Shown here: in pieces, positions 1-7,206 of the stretch
Position numbering within the stretch: position 1 is the stretch's first letter
Layout: the number at the start of each line of letters is the position of its first letter
Source of the DNA: Gemmatimonadales bacterium
GTDB taxonomy: Bacteria; Gemmatimonadota; Gemmatimonadetes; Gemmatimonadales; GWC2-71-9
Length of the DNA: 36,930 bases
NCBI GenBank assembly: GCA_039794085.1
Contig: JBDIWC010000041.1
Coordinates: forward strand, 1 to 36,930
Direction: 5' to 3'
The notes under the pieces: generated by a model
What the model was told of the DNA's origin: nothing
Databases searched by the model: none
The model's input: the letters and a program-made list of their open reading frames with translations, nothing else
Position numbers and translations under genes: made by a program

Positions 1-101
1 ACCACGAAGGCCAGGTGTCGGGCCGCATCTGGTCTTGGGAGTAGGAACCCCGCAGACCGCGAGCATACCCGGGCAGTATCTGTGGCTCCGAGTGTGTAAG
101 C

Positions 102-130
102 CTCTTTGGTTCCGGCTCTGCCGGCTTGGG
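102..130 (+). repeat. Right end (R) of dispersed non-coding element, copy 0; the rest probably extends off the window start
   Basis: CTCTTTGGTTCCGGCTCTGCCGGCTT is identical to 2412-2437 and 2741-2766. Confidence 0.85.
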
Positions 131-210
131 GAATAGGGAATCGGGAGTAGGGAGTAGGGGGGCGCCTTCCCTCACGCCCTGTTCCCCACTCCCTACTCCC
201 CACTCCCCGG
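128..210. repeat. Heptamer tandem array (GGGAGTA/GGGAATA) followed by its inverted complement (TACTCCC/CACTCCC)
   Basis: Read directly: gggaata gggaatc gggagta gggagta ggg ... cactccc tactccc cactccc. Confidence 0.8.
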
Positions 211-276
211 GTGGGGGTTGGGGGGGGGGCGTGGGGCGGCGGTCGCGGAGGGCGGCCCGCCAGCATACTTTGCAGC

Positions 277-1548
277 GTGGCCCGACCCTCCCTCCCCCGC
301 GGCGCGCTCCGGCACCCCGACTTCCGGCGGTTCATCGCGGGCCAGTTCGCCTCGCTGGTCGGCACCTGGATCCAGCAGGTGGCCCTTGGGTGGCTCGTCT
401 TCGAGCTGACCGACTCGGCGTTCAAAGTCGGCATTGCGGCGGCGGCGGGAACCCTGCCCGTTCTGCTCCTCACCCTCTACGGCGGCGGAGTGGCGGACCG
501 GGTGAACAAGCGACGGGCCCTCATCCTGCTCCAGTCGCTCATGGCGGTGGAAGCGCTCATTCTCGGGGTGCTCGCCCTGACCGGCCACGTGACCTTCGTC
601 TGGATCGTGGTACTGGCCCTGGCCAATGGTGTCCTCGGCGCCTTCGAGATCCCGATCCGGCAGAGTTTCCTGCTCGACCTGGTGGGCCGGGACGACCTCA
701 TGAGCGCCATCGCCTTCAACTCGATGGCCTTCAGCGTTTCCCGCGTCCTCGGACCGGCCATCGCGGGAACCCTGGTGGCGATGTTTGGCGCGGGTGTCGG
801 ATTCCTGGTCAACGCGGTGAGCTACGGTGCCGTGATTGCGGGTCTGGCCCGGATCCGGTCCCAAGGCGATGCACGTCCTCCCGACCGTCACCCGCCGACC
901 CTGGTCGAAGTTCACCACTATGTCCGGGCCCGGGGTTGGCCCCGCACCCTGCTGATACAGGCCCTCGTCACCACCATCTTTGCCTATTCGGTCACCGCGA
1001 TGCTGCCGGTGCTGGCCCGCGATGGTCTGGGAACCGGCGCCAGCGGATACGGGGGTCTGATGTCCGCCTTCGGGGTGGGGGCCGCGATCGGCGCGACGCT
1101 GTTGGCGGCGGTGGGGCACCGGGTGCGCCGGGGGGAATTGGCGGTGGGGGGAGGAATGGTGATCGGCGTGGTCCATCTCTTGATCGGGGCGTCGGGGAGC
1201 TACCCCCTTACCTTCGGGCTCCTCCTGCTGTCGGGCACCGTGGGGGCGGCCGCGGGGATCACCAGCAACACCCTGCTCCAGGTCGATGCGCCCGAGCATC
1301 TCCGGGGCCGGGTGATCGGGGTCTACGCGACGATCGTGGTGGGAATGGCGCCGGTCGGATCACTGTTGATGGGATGGGTCGCCGACCGCGCGTCGGTCGG
1401 ACTGGCCATCGCGGGAGGCGGAGCGGTCACGCTCCTGGCCGCGGCGACGCTCTGGCGAGGCCGGCCCCGGAAGGCGGTCGCCCTGTCTGCCCTGCCGGTG
1501 GAGCGTGAGGAAGCTGTCGGTGTACCTGTCACCTCGGAGGAACGATGA
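277..1548 (+). CDS. MFS transporter (MFS_3/H+ antiporter-like, about 12 TM)
   Basis: N-terminal ALRHPDFRRFIAGQFASLVGTWIQQVA, motif A-like GGVADRVNKRR, late PEHLRGRV, many hydrophobic helices. GTG 277 preferred because the ORF extension to 211 lies in G-rich repeats. Confidence 0.9.
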   Translation: MARPSLPRGALRHPDFRRFIAGQFASLVGTWIQQVALGWLVFELTDSAFKVGIAAAAGTLPVLLLTLYGGGVADRVNKRRALILLQSLMAVEALILGVLALTGHVTFVWIVVLALANGVLGAFEIPIRQSFLLDLVGRDDLMSAIAFNSMAFSVSRVLGPAIAGTLVAMFGAGVGFLVNAVSYGAVIAGLARIRSQGDARPPDRHPPTLVEVHHYVRARGWPRTLLIQALVTTIFAYSVTAMLPVLARDGLGTGASGYGGLMSAFGVGAAIGATLLAAVGHRVRRGELAVGGGMVIGVVHLLIGASGSYPLTFGLLLLSGTVGAAAGITSNTLLQVDAPEHLRGRVIGVYATIVVGMAPVGSLLMGWVADRASVGLAIAGGGAVTLLAAATLWRGRPRKAVALSALPVEREEAVGVPVTSEER

Positions 1549-2192
1549 TCATCACGGTGTCGCGCGAATTCGGAGCCGGGGGGGCCCAGGTGGCGGCGGA
1601 AGTGGCCCGGGCTCTGGGCTGGACCCTGGTGGACGATCAGTATGTGGACGAGGTGGCGCGCCGGGCGGGGATGAGCCGGGAGGAGGTGGCCCAGCAGGAG
1701 GAGCGGGCGCCGGGGTTCCTGGAGCGCCTGGCGCGCACTCTGGCCAATGCCACGAGCGAATATGTGACGCCCGATGGGAGCGTCATGCCGGAAATGGAGG
1801 AGGCGCGGCTGGTGAAGATCACCGAGACGGTGGTGGCCGAGTACGCCGCCCAGGGGCGCGTGGTGATGGTGGGACGGGCATCTCCCGCGGTGCTGGAACA
1901 GGTGGAGGACGCGATCCACGTGCGAATCGTGGCCCCCTGGGCGCACCGCGTGGCCGCGGTGGTAGCGCGGCAGGGGGTATCGGAGGACGACGCGGAGAAA
2001 ATGATCCGCGACCGCGACGGAGCCCGGGCTCGCTATCACAAGATGTACTACGACCGCGAATGGGCCGACCCGGTGAACTATCACATGGTGCTCAACTCCG
2101 CCGTGCTCGGCGTGGAGGGGGCCGCGGAGGTGGTGGTGGGGAGGGCGAGGAGGATGTGGCAGGGAGTAGGGAATGTAGGGAATAGGGAGTAG
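1545..2192 (+). CDS. Cytidylate kinase-like family protein (Cytidylate_kin2)
   Basis: IITVSREFGAGGAQVA P-loop variant, VVMVGRAS, RDRDGARARYHKMYYDREWADPVNYHMVLNS. ATGA overlap with the MFS gene. Confidence 0.9.
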   Translation: MIITVSREFGAGGAQVAAEVARALGWTLVDDQYVDEVARRAGMSREEVAQQEERAPGFLERLARTLANATSEYVTPDGSVMPEMEEARLVKITETVVAEYAAQGRVVMVGRASPAVLEQVEDAIHVRIVAPWAHRVAAVVARQGVSEDDAEKMIRDRDGARARYHKMYYDREWADPVNYHMVLNSAVLGVEGAAEVVVGRARRMWQGVGNVGNRE

Positions 2193-2197
2193 GGAGT
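2160..2197 (+). repeat. Heptamer tandem array (GGGAGTA type) overlapping the cmk-like stop codon
   Basis: agggagt agggaatgt agggaat agggagt agggagt ag. Confidence 0.8.
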
Positions 2198-2440
2198 AGT
2201 CCCTTACGGACAAGATTGAACACAAAACGGCGACAATCTTTTGGGCGACGTCTGGAAACCCGCGTCGGCGGCCCGTGGGCCGCCGCGGGTTGGCAGGGAA
2301 GGCAGCGTACGGGCCGTTCGCGAACGGCCCGTACACGTGTCGGCAGATCGGCCCAGGGGCCGTTCACGAACGGGGATAGTCCCAGCGGAACAGTGACACA
2401 GGTTCGTGAATCTCTTTGGTTCCGGCTCTGCCGGCTTAGG
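2198..2440 (+). mobile_element. Non-autonomous element copy 1 (L end, REP-palindrome interior, R end)
   Basis: L = AGTCCCTTACGGACAAGATTGAACACAAAACGGCGACAATCTTTTGGGC at 2198; R at 2412-2440; interior perfect palindrome at 2307-2334. Confidence 0.7.
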
Positions 2441-2443
2441 AGT

Positions 2444-2768
2444 AGTCCCTTACGGACAGGATTGAACGCAAAACGGCAACAATATTTCGGGCGACGCCCG
2501 GGAACCAGCGCCGGTACTGCGTTTGACGGCGGTTCGGAATATATCCAACTTGTGTGCCTTCGGGTCGCGGAGCGAGCCGTGACCAGGCGATTGGTTTTTC
2601 CCGGGGCTGACGCCCCTTGCTCGGCCAGGGGAGGTGGCTCACGCCACCGGCAGCCCAGACGAACACCCGGCCGTGTGAACGGCCTCGCGCCGCCGAGCCC
2701 GGGGCGAAAGCCCCGGGAAAACCACGCGACCCCGAGGCCCCTCTTTGGTTCCGGCTCTGCCGGCTTAT
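2444..2768 (+). mobile_element. Non-autonomous element copy 2, in tandem with copy 1, with a different interior
   Basis: L variant AGTCCCTTACGGACAGGATTGAACGCAAAACGGCAACAATATTTCGGGC at 2444; R at 2741-2768; interior hairpins such as CCCGGGGC-GAAA-GCCCCGGG at 2698-2717. Confidence 0.7.
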
Positions 2769-3008
2769 GGGAGTCCGGCACTGTCTGAATCCAAGTTGTC
2801 CCCCGCTCCCTCCCGCACCCAAAAGCCGCCGCAGTCCACTTCCGCGACGGTCCTCCTCCGACGCCGGGCAGCGTCCGGGGACTGCTCGACCGAGTGCATT
2901 GCCAATACCCCCCCCCCGCCCCGGCCCCGCGCGATGGAACCGGGTCGCCGGGAGCATTCTCCATCCTGTCTCCTGTATTCCTGCCGCGAGCTACCGGGGG
3001 GGCGGGCG

Positions 3009-3858
3009 GTGAGATACCGGGATCTCCACACCCCACGATCGGAGACGGTTGCGCGCCTGACCGGGGACCCCACCTTCACTGGCATTCCCGTCAATCTCGT
3101 GGCGTGGACCTCAGCGGAGTGGCGCACGCCGCTGGCTCGGAGTCTACCCGATGGATGGCGGCTGATTCCGGCGGAAACGGTGTTCGCAGCGGTGCGTGCC
3201 CTCCGGGAATCGGTCGCGGCAACCGTGCTCGTCGTTGACGACCTTCGCGGCGTGAAAGCGATGGAGGCAAGCATTCCACGCCGTTTTCCGTTGTTTCAGA
3301 TCGGGCTACTCCCCGACCGTTCTGGTCGAAACCCCGTGCACCAGGCGAACCTTGCGGCCGCCCTGGGGGCGCTTCTTCTCCCCAATCCCCGGGCAGAGGG
3401 GGCCGCGTCCTTCCGGGAGGCCGGAATATCGGCGCGACTGATGAGTCCGGCGGGGGCTCGTGCTGGGCCGATTGGCGGACCGCCTCGTCAATATTTCCCC
3501 GCTGGCCCGACGTTACCTGGTCCTGTGCTTGACAGTGAACTCCGGCGTGACCCGGCCGTGCCAACTGAGCAGGAGCCTCGGCGTTTCCCTGCGCACGCTG
3601 GAGCGGGAGATGCAGGAAGAGCAGGTGCCAAGTCCCCTTCGGATGGCCGTGCTGGCGCGTCTTCTCCGGGTTGCGTGGCTGATGCAGAGCGAGGATCATT
3701 GCCTTGCTACGGTGGCCACCGCGTTGGGCTTCTCCTACCCCTCCGTGGTCAGTCGCCTCCTTCGACGTGCGGGGTTCACCGCGGAATCAATTCGTGGGCC
3801 ACTTGGGCTGGAGGGGGTTGTCGCTGTGCTCATGGGGAACCTGGCCATGGATAAGTGA
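3009..3858 (+). pseudogene. AraC-type HTH transcriptional regulator with receiver-like N-terminal part, split by a +1 frameshift near 3452-3456
   Basis: The C-terminal frame (3460-3858) has the AraC double HTH: LSRSLGVSLRTLEREMQEEQVPSP...LARLLRVAWLM...LATVATALGFSYPSVVSRLLRR. The upstream frame (GTG 3009) reads as a globular domain (AVRALRESVAATVLVVDD). Removing one G from GGGGG joins them (MSPAG-LVLGRL). Start uncertain. Confidence 0.7.
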
Positions 3859-4032
3859 GGGATCTGCGGCCGGCGGGACTGCTTGCATATCGGGGACGGG
3901 ACATGTTGACGCCCTTTGTCGGTTATTGGCGGGTTCGGTCCTGTTCCATCCAAGGAAAGTGACCGAGATTGGCTGGTGTCGTAGGAGCGTGTCTTACTCG
4001 ATCCGAAGCCATACCCACCAGGAGGATGATTG

Positions 4033-4245
4033 ATGAAACGCATGATGTGGATCGCCGCGATGCTGGTCCTGTCTCTCGTTTCCCTCGCCATGCGTCCTGC
4101 CAAGGAGATCGCCACCCTGCAAAGTCCCCCGTTCGAATGTGGCGCGAGCTGTTCCAGGGATATGCAGTGTACGATCCAGTGCTCGACATGTGGGGACGAC
4201 CCCTTTGATCTTGAACCCGGTAACGTCTGCTTTTGGGACCCCTAG
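4033..4245 (+). CDS. Small secreted cysteine-rich (knottin-like) peptide, 70 aa
   Basis: AGGAGG RBS at 4020-4025, Sec-type signal MKRMMWIAAMLVLSLVSLA, six Cys spaced CX3CX5CX3CX2CX12C, immediately upstream of a DsbA gene. Confidence 0.85.
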   Translation: MKRMMWIAAMLVLSLVSLAMRPAKEIATLQSPPFECGASCSRDMQCTIQCSTCGDDPFDLEPGNVCFWDP

Positions 4246-4260
4246 AGGGGATTGGGCGCC

Positions 4261-4953
4261 ATGAGGTTTCTGTTGCGGCGTATGAAGACGGCACGAAACT
4301 GGATCCTGAATCGGGACATGGTCTTCAACCTCGTGGCTGTTTTGGCGACCGTGGCAGCAGTCGGGGTCATCACCTCCGGTCGGTACTCGGCTGGGGGTGA
4401 CGACCAACAGCCCGAGACGAAGCAGCCCGAGATGGTGTTCGTCTCCGACTGGACCGAACTCGGGAGCGCTGGTTTCCGGACCGGGCCCGACAGCGCCGCG
4501 GTAACGATTGTGGTATTCATCGATCTCACCTGTGGAGCTTGTAGGGTGGTGGATTCTTTGCTCGTGGCAATTCAGGAATCACACCCGGGGCGCTTGGCAA
4601 CGGTGGCTCGGCACTTCCCCTTGAACCAAAGAGGGTATCAGGCTGCCCTTGCGGCGGAGTGCGATCCGCGAGATGGCAATGAACCGTTGCGATCTCTCAT
4701 CTTCCGGAGCCAGGACTCGCTTGGCACGTTGAATTGGAATGAGATTGCGACACGGGCCGGAGTTCGGGACATCACGTCGTTCGAGGCATGCATGAGCAAC
4801 CCCGATACACACGCCACATTATGGCGCGATATTCATGCTGGGGATGTGCTGTACGTTCGAAGCACGCCCACTATGGTGATCAACGACAGCATGATTGTCC
4901 GGGGAATACCATCCTTGAGCTGGTTGTCATCGCACATCCGTGACTTGCTCTGA
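4261..4953 (+). CDS. DsbA/BdbD-like thioredoxin-fold disulfide oxidoreductase with N-terminal membrane anchor
   Basis: GPDSAAVTIVVFIDLTCGAC (CXXC), RHFPL, AALAAEC and FEACM second Cys pair, cis-Pro loop VRSTPT, N-terminal hydrophobic helix. Confidence 0.9.
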   Translation: MRFLLRRMKTARNWILNRDMVFNLVAVLATVAAVGVITSGRYSAGGDDQQPETKQPEMVFVSDWTELGSAGFRTGPDSAAVTIVVFIDLTCGACRVVDSLLVAIQESHPGRLATVARHFPLNQRGYQAALAAECDPRDGNEPLRSLIFRSQDSLGTLNWNEIATRAGVRDITSFEACMSNPDTHATLWRDIHAGDVLYVRSTPTMVINDSMIVRGIPSLSWLSSHIRDLL

Positions 4954-5049
4954 CCCTCAAGACCATACAGAATTGTGACCAGTGCCCTGAGAGGGGTCCA
5001 GAGTGGTGAACTGTGCTCAGTAGGGGATGTGCCCCGAAAGGACGCTGTG

Positions 5050-5081
5050 TCAGGGGATTATTGATGATCCCCTGAGTTTCT
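5050..5081 (+). terminator. Stem-loop between dsbA and beta-propeller gene (possible terminator/attenuator)
   Basis: TCAGGGGATTAT-TG-ATGATCCCCTGA followed by GTTTCT. Confidence 0.45.
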
Positions 5082-5096
5082 ACCTGGAGGCAGGGG

Positions 5097-6299
5097 ATGT
5101 CTTTGAATCTTAAGCAGATAGGCGTTTTCGTGATGACGATGACGGGTTCTGCCATCGCGGTAGTTGGTGATGCGGAAGCGCGCCAGGTTCCCGTCGTCAG
5201 GAGTTACGGGGAACGGGACGCTCCGAGGGAGCGGTGGAGGGTGCAGGCCCGGCCCCGGACGGTGATCGGTAGCGAGGACGCAGTGGGCCCCGCGCTGTTC
5301 CAGTTGATTCACACGATTCAACCAATCGGAGATGGCGTTTTCGCTGTTGCGGATCTGGAGGCCGCCGAAATCCGGATATTCGACCGGGAGGGACGGCACC
5401 TGCGCACCATGGGGAGGCATGGCCGCGGACCGGGGGAGTTCGGAGCGATCTACGGTCTCTGGCGGATCGGCGACTCCCTCGCCGCCATGGACGAAGTGGG
5501 TGTGCTTCAGATCTTCACCTTGGAGGGCCGGCATGTGCGGGCCGTACAGCGTCCCACCGCCCTCGGCCTCCGGGTTGTCCGGAGCGGATTCCTGCGGAAC
5601 GGGAGCGCGATCGGGTACGTGGCGGACCCGCCGGATAGTGTGCCGATAGGGAGGCATGAAACGTTCGTCACCTTTCTCCGAATCGATCCGGACGGCACTC
5701 AGCGCCAGTTGGGGCGTTACCATGGGAGGCAGGTGATCCGCGAGGGGAGCGCGCCACGGTTCAAGGCGGTTATCTACGGGCCCCGTCTGGTCACGGCGGT
5801 TCTCTCGGACCGGGTGTGTCTCGGCTTCCCGTCAGAGGGATACCAATTCCGGTGTCTGGATGCCGAGGGGAGAACCATCGTGACCGTGTCGAGGAGGACG
5901 GCGACCGAGCGGGTTACGGAGGCCCACCGCCAGGGGTACTTTCACCTTATGGACAGCGCGAATTCCCTGCCGAGGAGCGCCGAGTACCGGAGACGCCTCC
6001 GCCTCACCACGGTGTTCGCGGACCGGTTCCCCCCCTATGGCCGTTTTGTGGGTTCCACCGCGGATGAACTCTGGGTGGGCCCGATGGACCCGGGTGACTG
6101 GGGAACGTTTCCCAACCCGGTCCCGCCGGAACCCACCGTCTGGTCGGTCTACTCGAAGGAGGGGGAATGGCTCTCCGACGTGACACTTCCGGCCTGGTTC
6201 CGGCTCCTCGCGGTGGATCAGGAGAGTGTGATCGGCCTGCTGCGGCACCCCGATGATGGAATCGAAAAGATCGCGGTCTATCCCCTGGTGCGCCGGTAG
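5097..6299 (+). CDS. Secreted 6-bladed beta-propeller (NHL/TolB-like) protein
   Basis: EIRIFDREGRHLRTMGRHGRGPGEF motif, C-terminal WSVYSKEGEWLSDVTLP blade, signal-peptide-like N-terminus ending AEA, GGAGG RBS upstream. Confidence 0.8.
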   Translation: MSLNLKQIGVFVMTMTGSAIAVVGDAEARQVPVVRSYGERDAPRERWRVQARPRTVIGSEDAVGPALFQLIHTIQPIGDGVFAVADLEAAEIRIFDREGRHLRTMGRHGRGPGEFGAIYGLWRIGDSLAAMDEVGVLQIFTLEGRHVRAVQRPTALGLRVVRSGFLRNGSAIGYVADPPDSVPIGRHETFVTFLRIDPDGTQRQLGRYHGRQVIREGSAPRFKAVIYGPRLVTAVLSDRVCLGFPSEGYQFRCLDAEGRTIVTVSRRTATERVTEAHRQGYFHLMDSANSLPRSAEYRRRLRLTTVFADRFPPYGRFVGSTADELWVGPMDPGDWGTFPNPVPPEPTVWSVYSKEGEWLSDVTLPAWFRLLAVDQESVIGLLRHPDDGIEKIAVYPLVRR

Positions 6300-6318
6300 C
6301 GCTCCCGTCCGCCCCGTC

Positions 6319-7065
6319 GTGAACGCCCTGGAGGGTTGGCTCACGGCCGCCCTCGTGGGAGCGCTGGCGGGTTCGCTGTTTCCGGTGCCCTCCCGCGCTC
6401 AGGAGGCATCGCCGTCCACGGTCGTGATCGTGGTCACCGATTCCCTCGACGGGCCGCTCGACCTTGCCTCCGCACTGTTGAGTCGGGCCGGCCGCCAGGG
6501 GGTGAGTGGCCGCGATGGCCGGATCGTCCTGCGCAACATTCCGCCAGGGCGCGACACCCTCACCATCCGGCGGATCGGGTACAGTCCTCTGATCGTGTCC
6601 CTCGATCTCTCCCCGGGGGACACCCTCCGGCTCGATGCCGTACTCGACCCGCTGGCCCTGGCGCTCAACGATATTCAGGTCACCGCCCGGCGCGGGCTCC
6701 GCACCTTCGACCGCCGGATGCGGAACGCGATCTTTTCCCCGCCCAATTCGTTTCTGACCCCGGAGTGGCTCGACACCTTCCCGCCCCGGATGCCGGTGAG
6801 CGAGATCCTCCAGAAGGCGGGGATTGTCTATCGCCGGTTTGGAATCCAGCGGCGCCTGGCCTGCCCTCCGGGCCGGACCGGTCGCACCGCCCCCGTCGTG
6901 ATCCTGCTCAACGGGGGCTACTACCCGGACCGTGAAGGGAGCTTTCTCGAATACATGGCCCGGATGGAAGTGAAGGCCATCGAGGTCTATCGGTCGAAGC
7001 TCGAAATGCCGTTGGATCTCCCCGTGGCCGCGGGCTCGTGCGCCGTGGTGGTGTGGACGAGGTAG
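6319..7065 (+). CDS. Carboxypeptidase-regulatory-like domain plus TonB-dependent receptor plug-like domain, no beta-barrel
   Basis: Signal ending SRA-QE, SGRDGRIVLRNIPPGRDTLTIRRIGYSP, LNDIQVTAR, C-terminal VKAIEVYRS...GSCAVVVWTR. Start could be 6253/6256. Confidence 0.75.
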   Translation: MNALEGWLTAALVGALAGSLFPVPSRAQEASPSTVVIVVTDSLDGPLDLASALLSRAGRQGVSGRDGRIVLRNIPPGRDTLTIRRIGYSPLIVSLDLSPGDTLRLDAVLDPLALALNDIQVTARRGLRTFDRRMRNAIFSPPNSFLTPEWLDTFPPRMPVSEILQKAGIVYRRFGIQRRLACPPGRTGRTAPVVILLNGGYYPDREGSFLEYMARMEVKAIEVYRSKLEMPLDLPVAAGSCAVVVWTR

Positions 7066-7206
7066 GGAGTGGCCACGATCGTGATCAACGTGGACGATTT
7101 TTCTGGACTGGACGACCAGATGCATGTGACCCTTCCCAACCCAGGGCAGGTGGTGCATGATATGACAAGTGTTACGATAGAGGGCCCCCTTCGAGCAGGG
7201 CATGGC

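Noticed and set aside
2198..2768. CRISPR array (repeated conserved sequences separated by variable DNA)
   Set aside because: Two different alternating ends, variable parts of about 165-250 bp, copies dispersed on both strands, and no cas genes
2216..2788. ORFs starting MNTKRRQSFG (also 17036-17344 and 19194-19505) as a repeated protein family
   Set aside because: They are translations of the non-coding L end; the sequences diverge immediately after it and lack RBS or protein-like composition
2745..3854. 369-aa ORF as one real protein
   Set aside because: The N-terminus lies in the R repeat and the C-terminal third is the off-frame shadow of the AraC HTH; only about 3009-3455 appears coding
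3906..3927. Sigma70 promoter TTGACG...GTTATT upstream of the peptide gene
   Set aside because: Spacing between the boxes is only about 10 bp, with no acceptable -10 at 16-18 bp
4033..4245. Lanthipeptide, ranthipeptide/sactipeptide or c-type cytochrome interpretation
   Set aside because: No LanB/C/M, radical SAM or double-glycine leader; CSTCG lacks the CXXCH histidine; the Sec signal plus DsbA points to disulfides
7069..7206. N-terminal 46-codon extension of the second propeller
   Set aside because: It would bury the lipoprotein signal; ATG 7207 gives a normal signal peptide and lipobox
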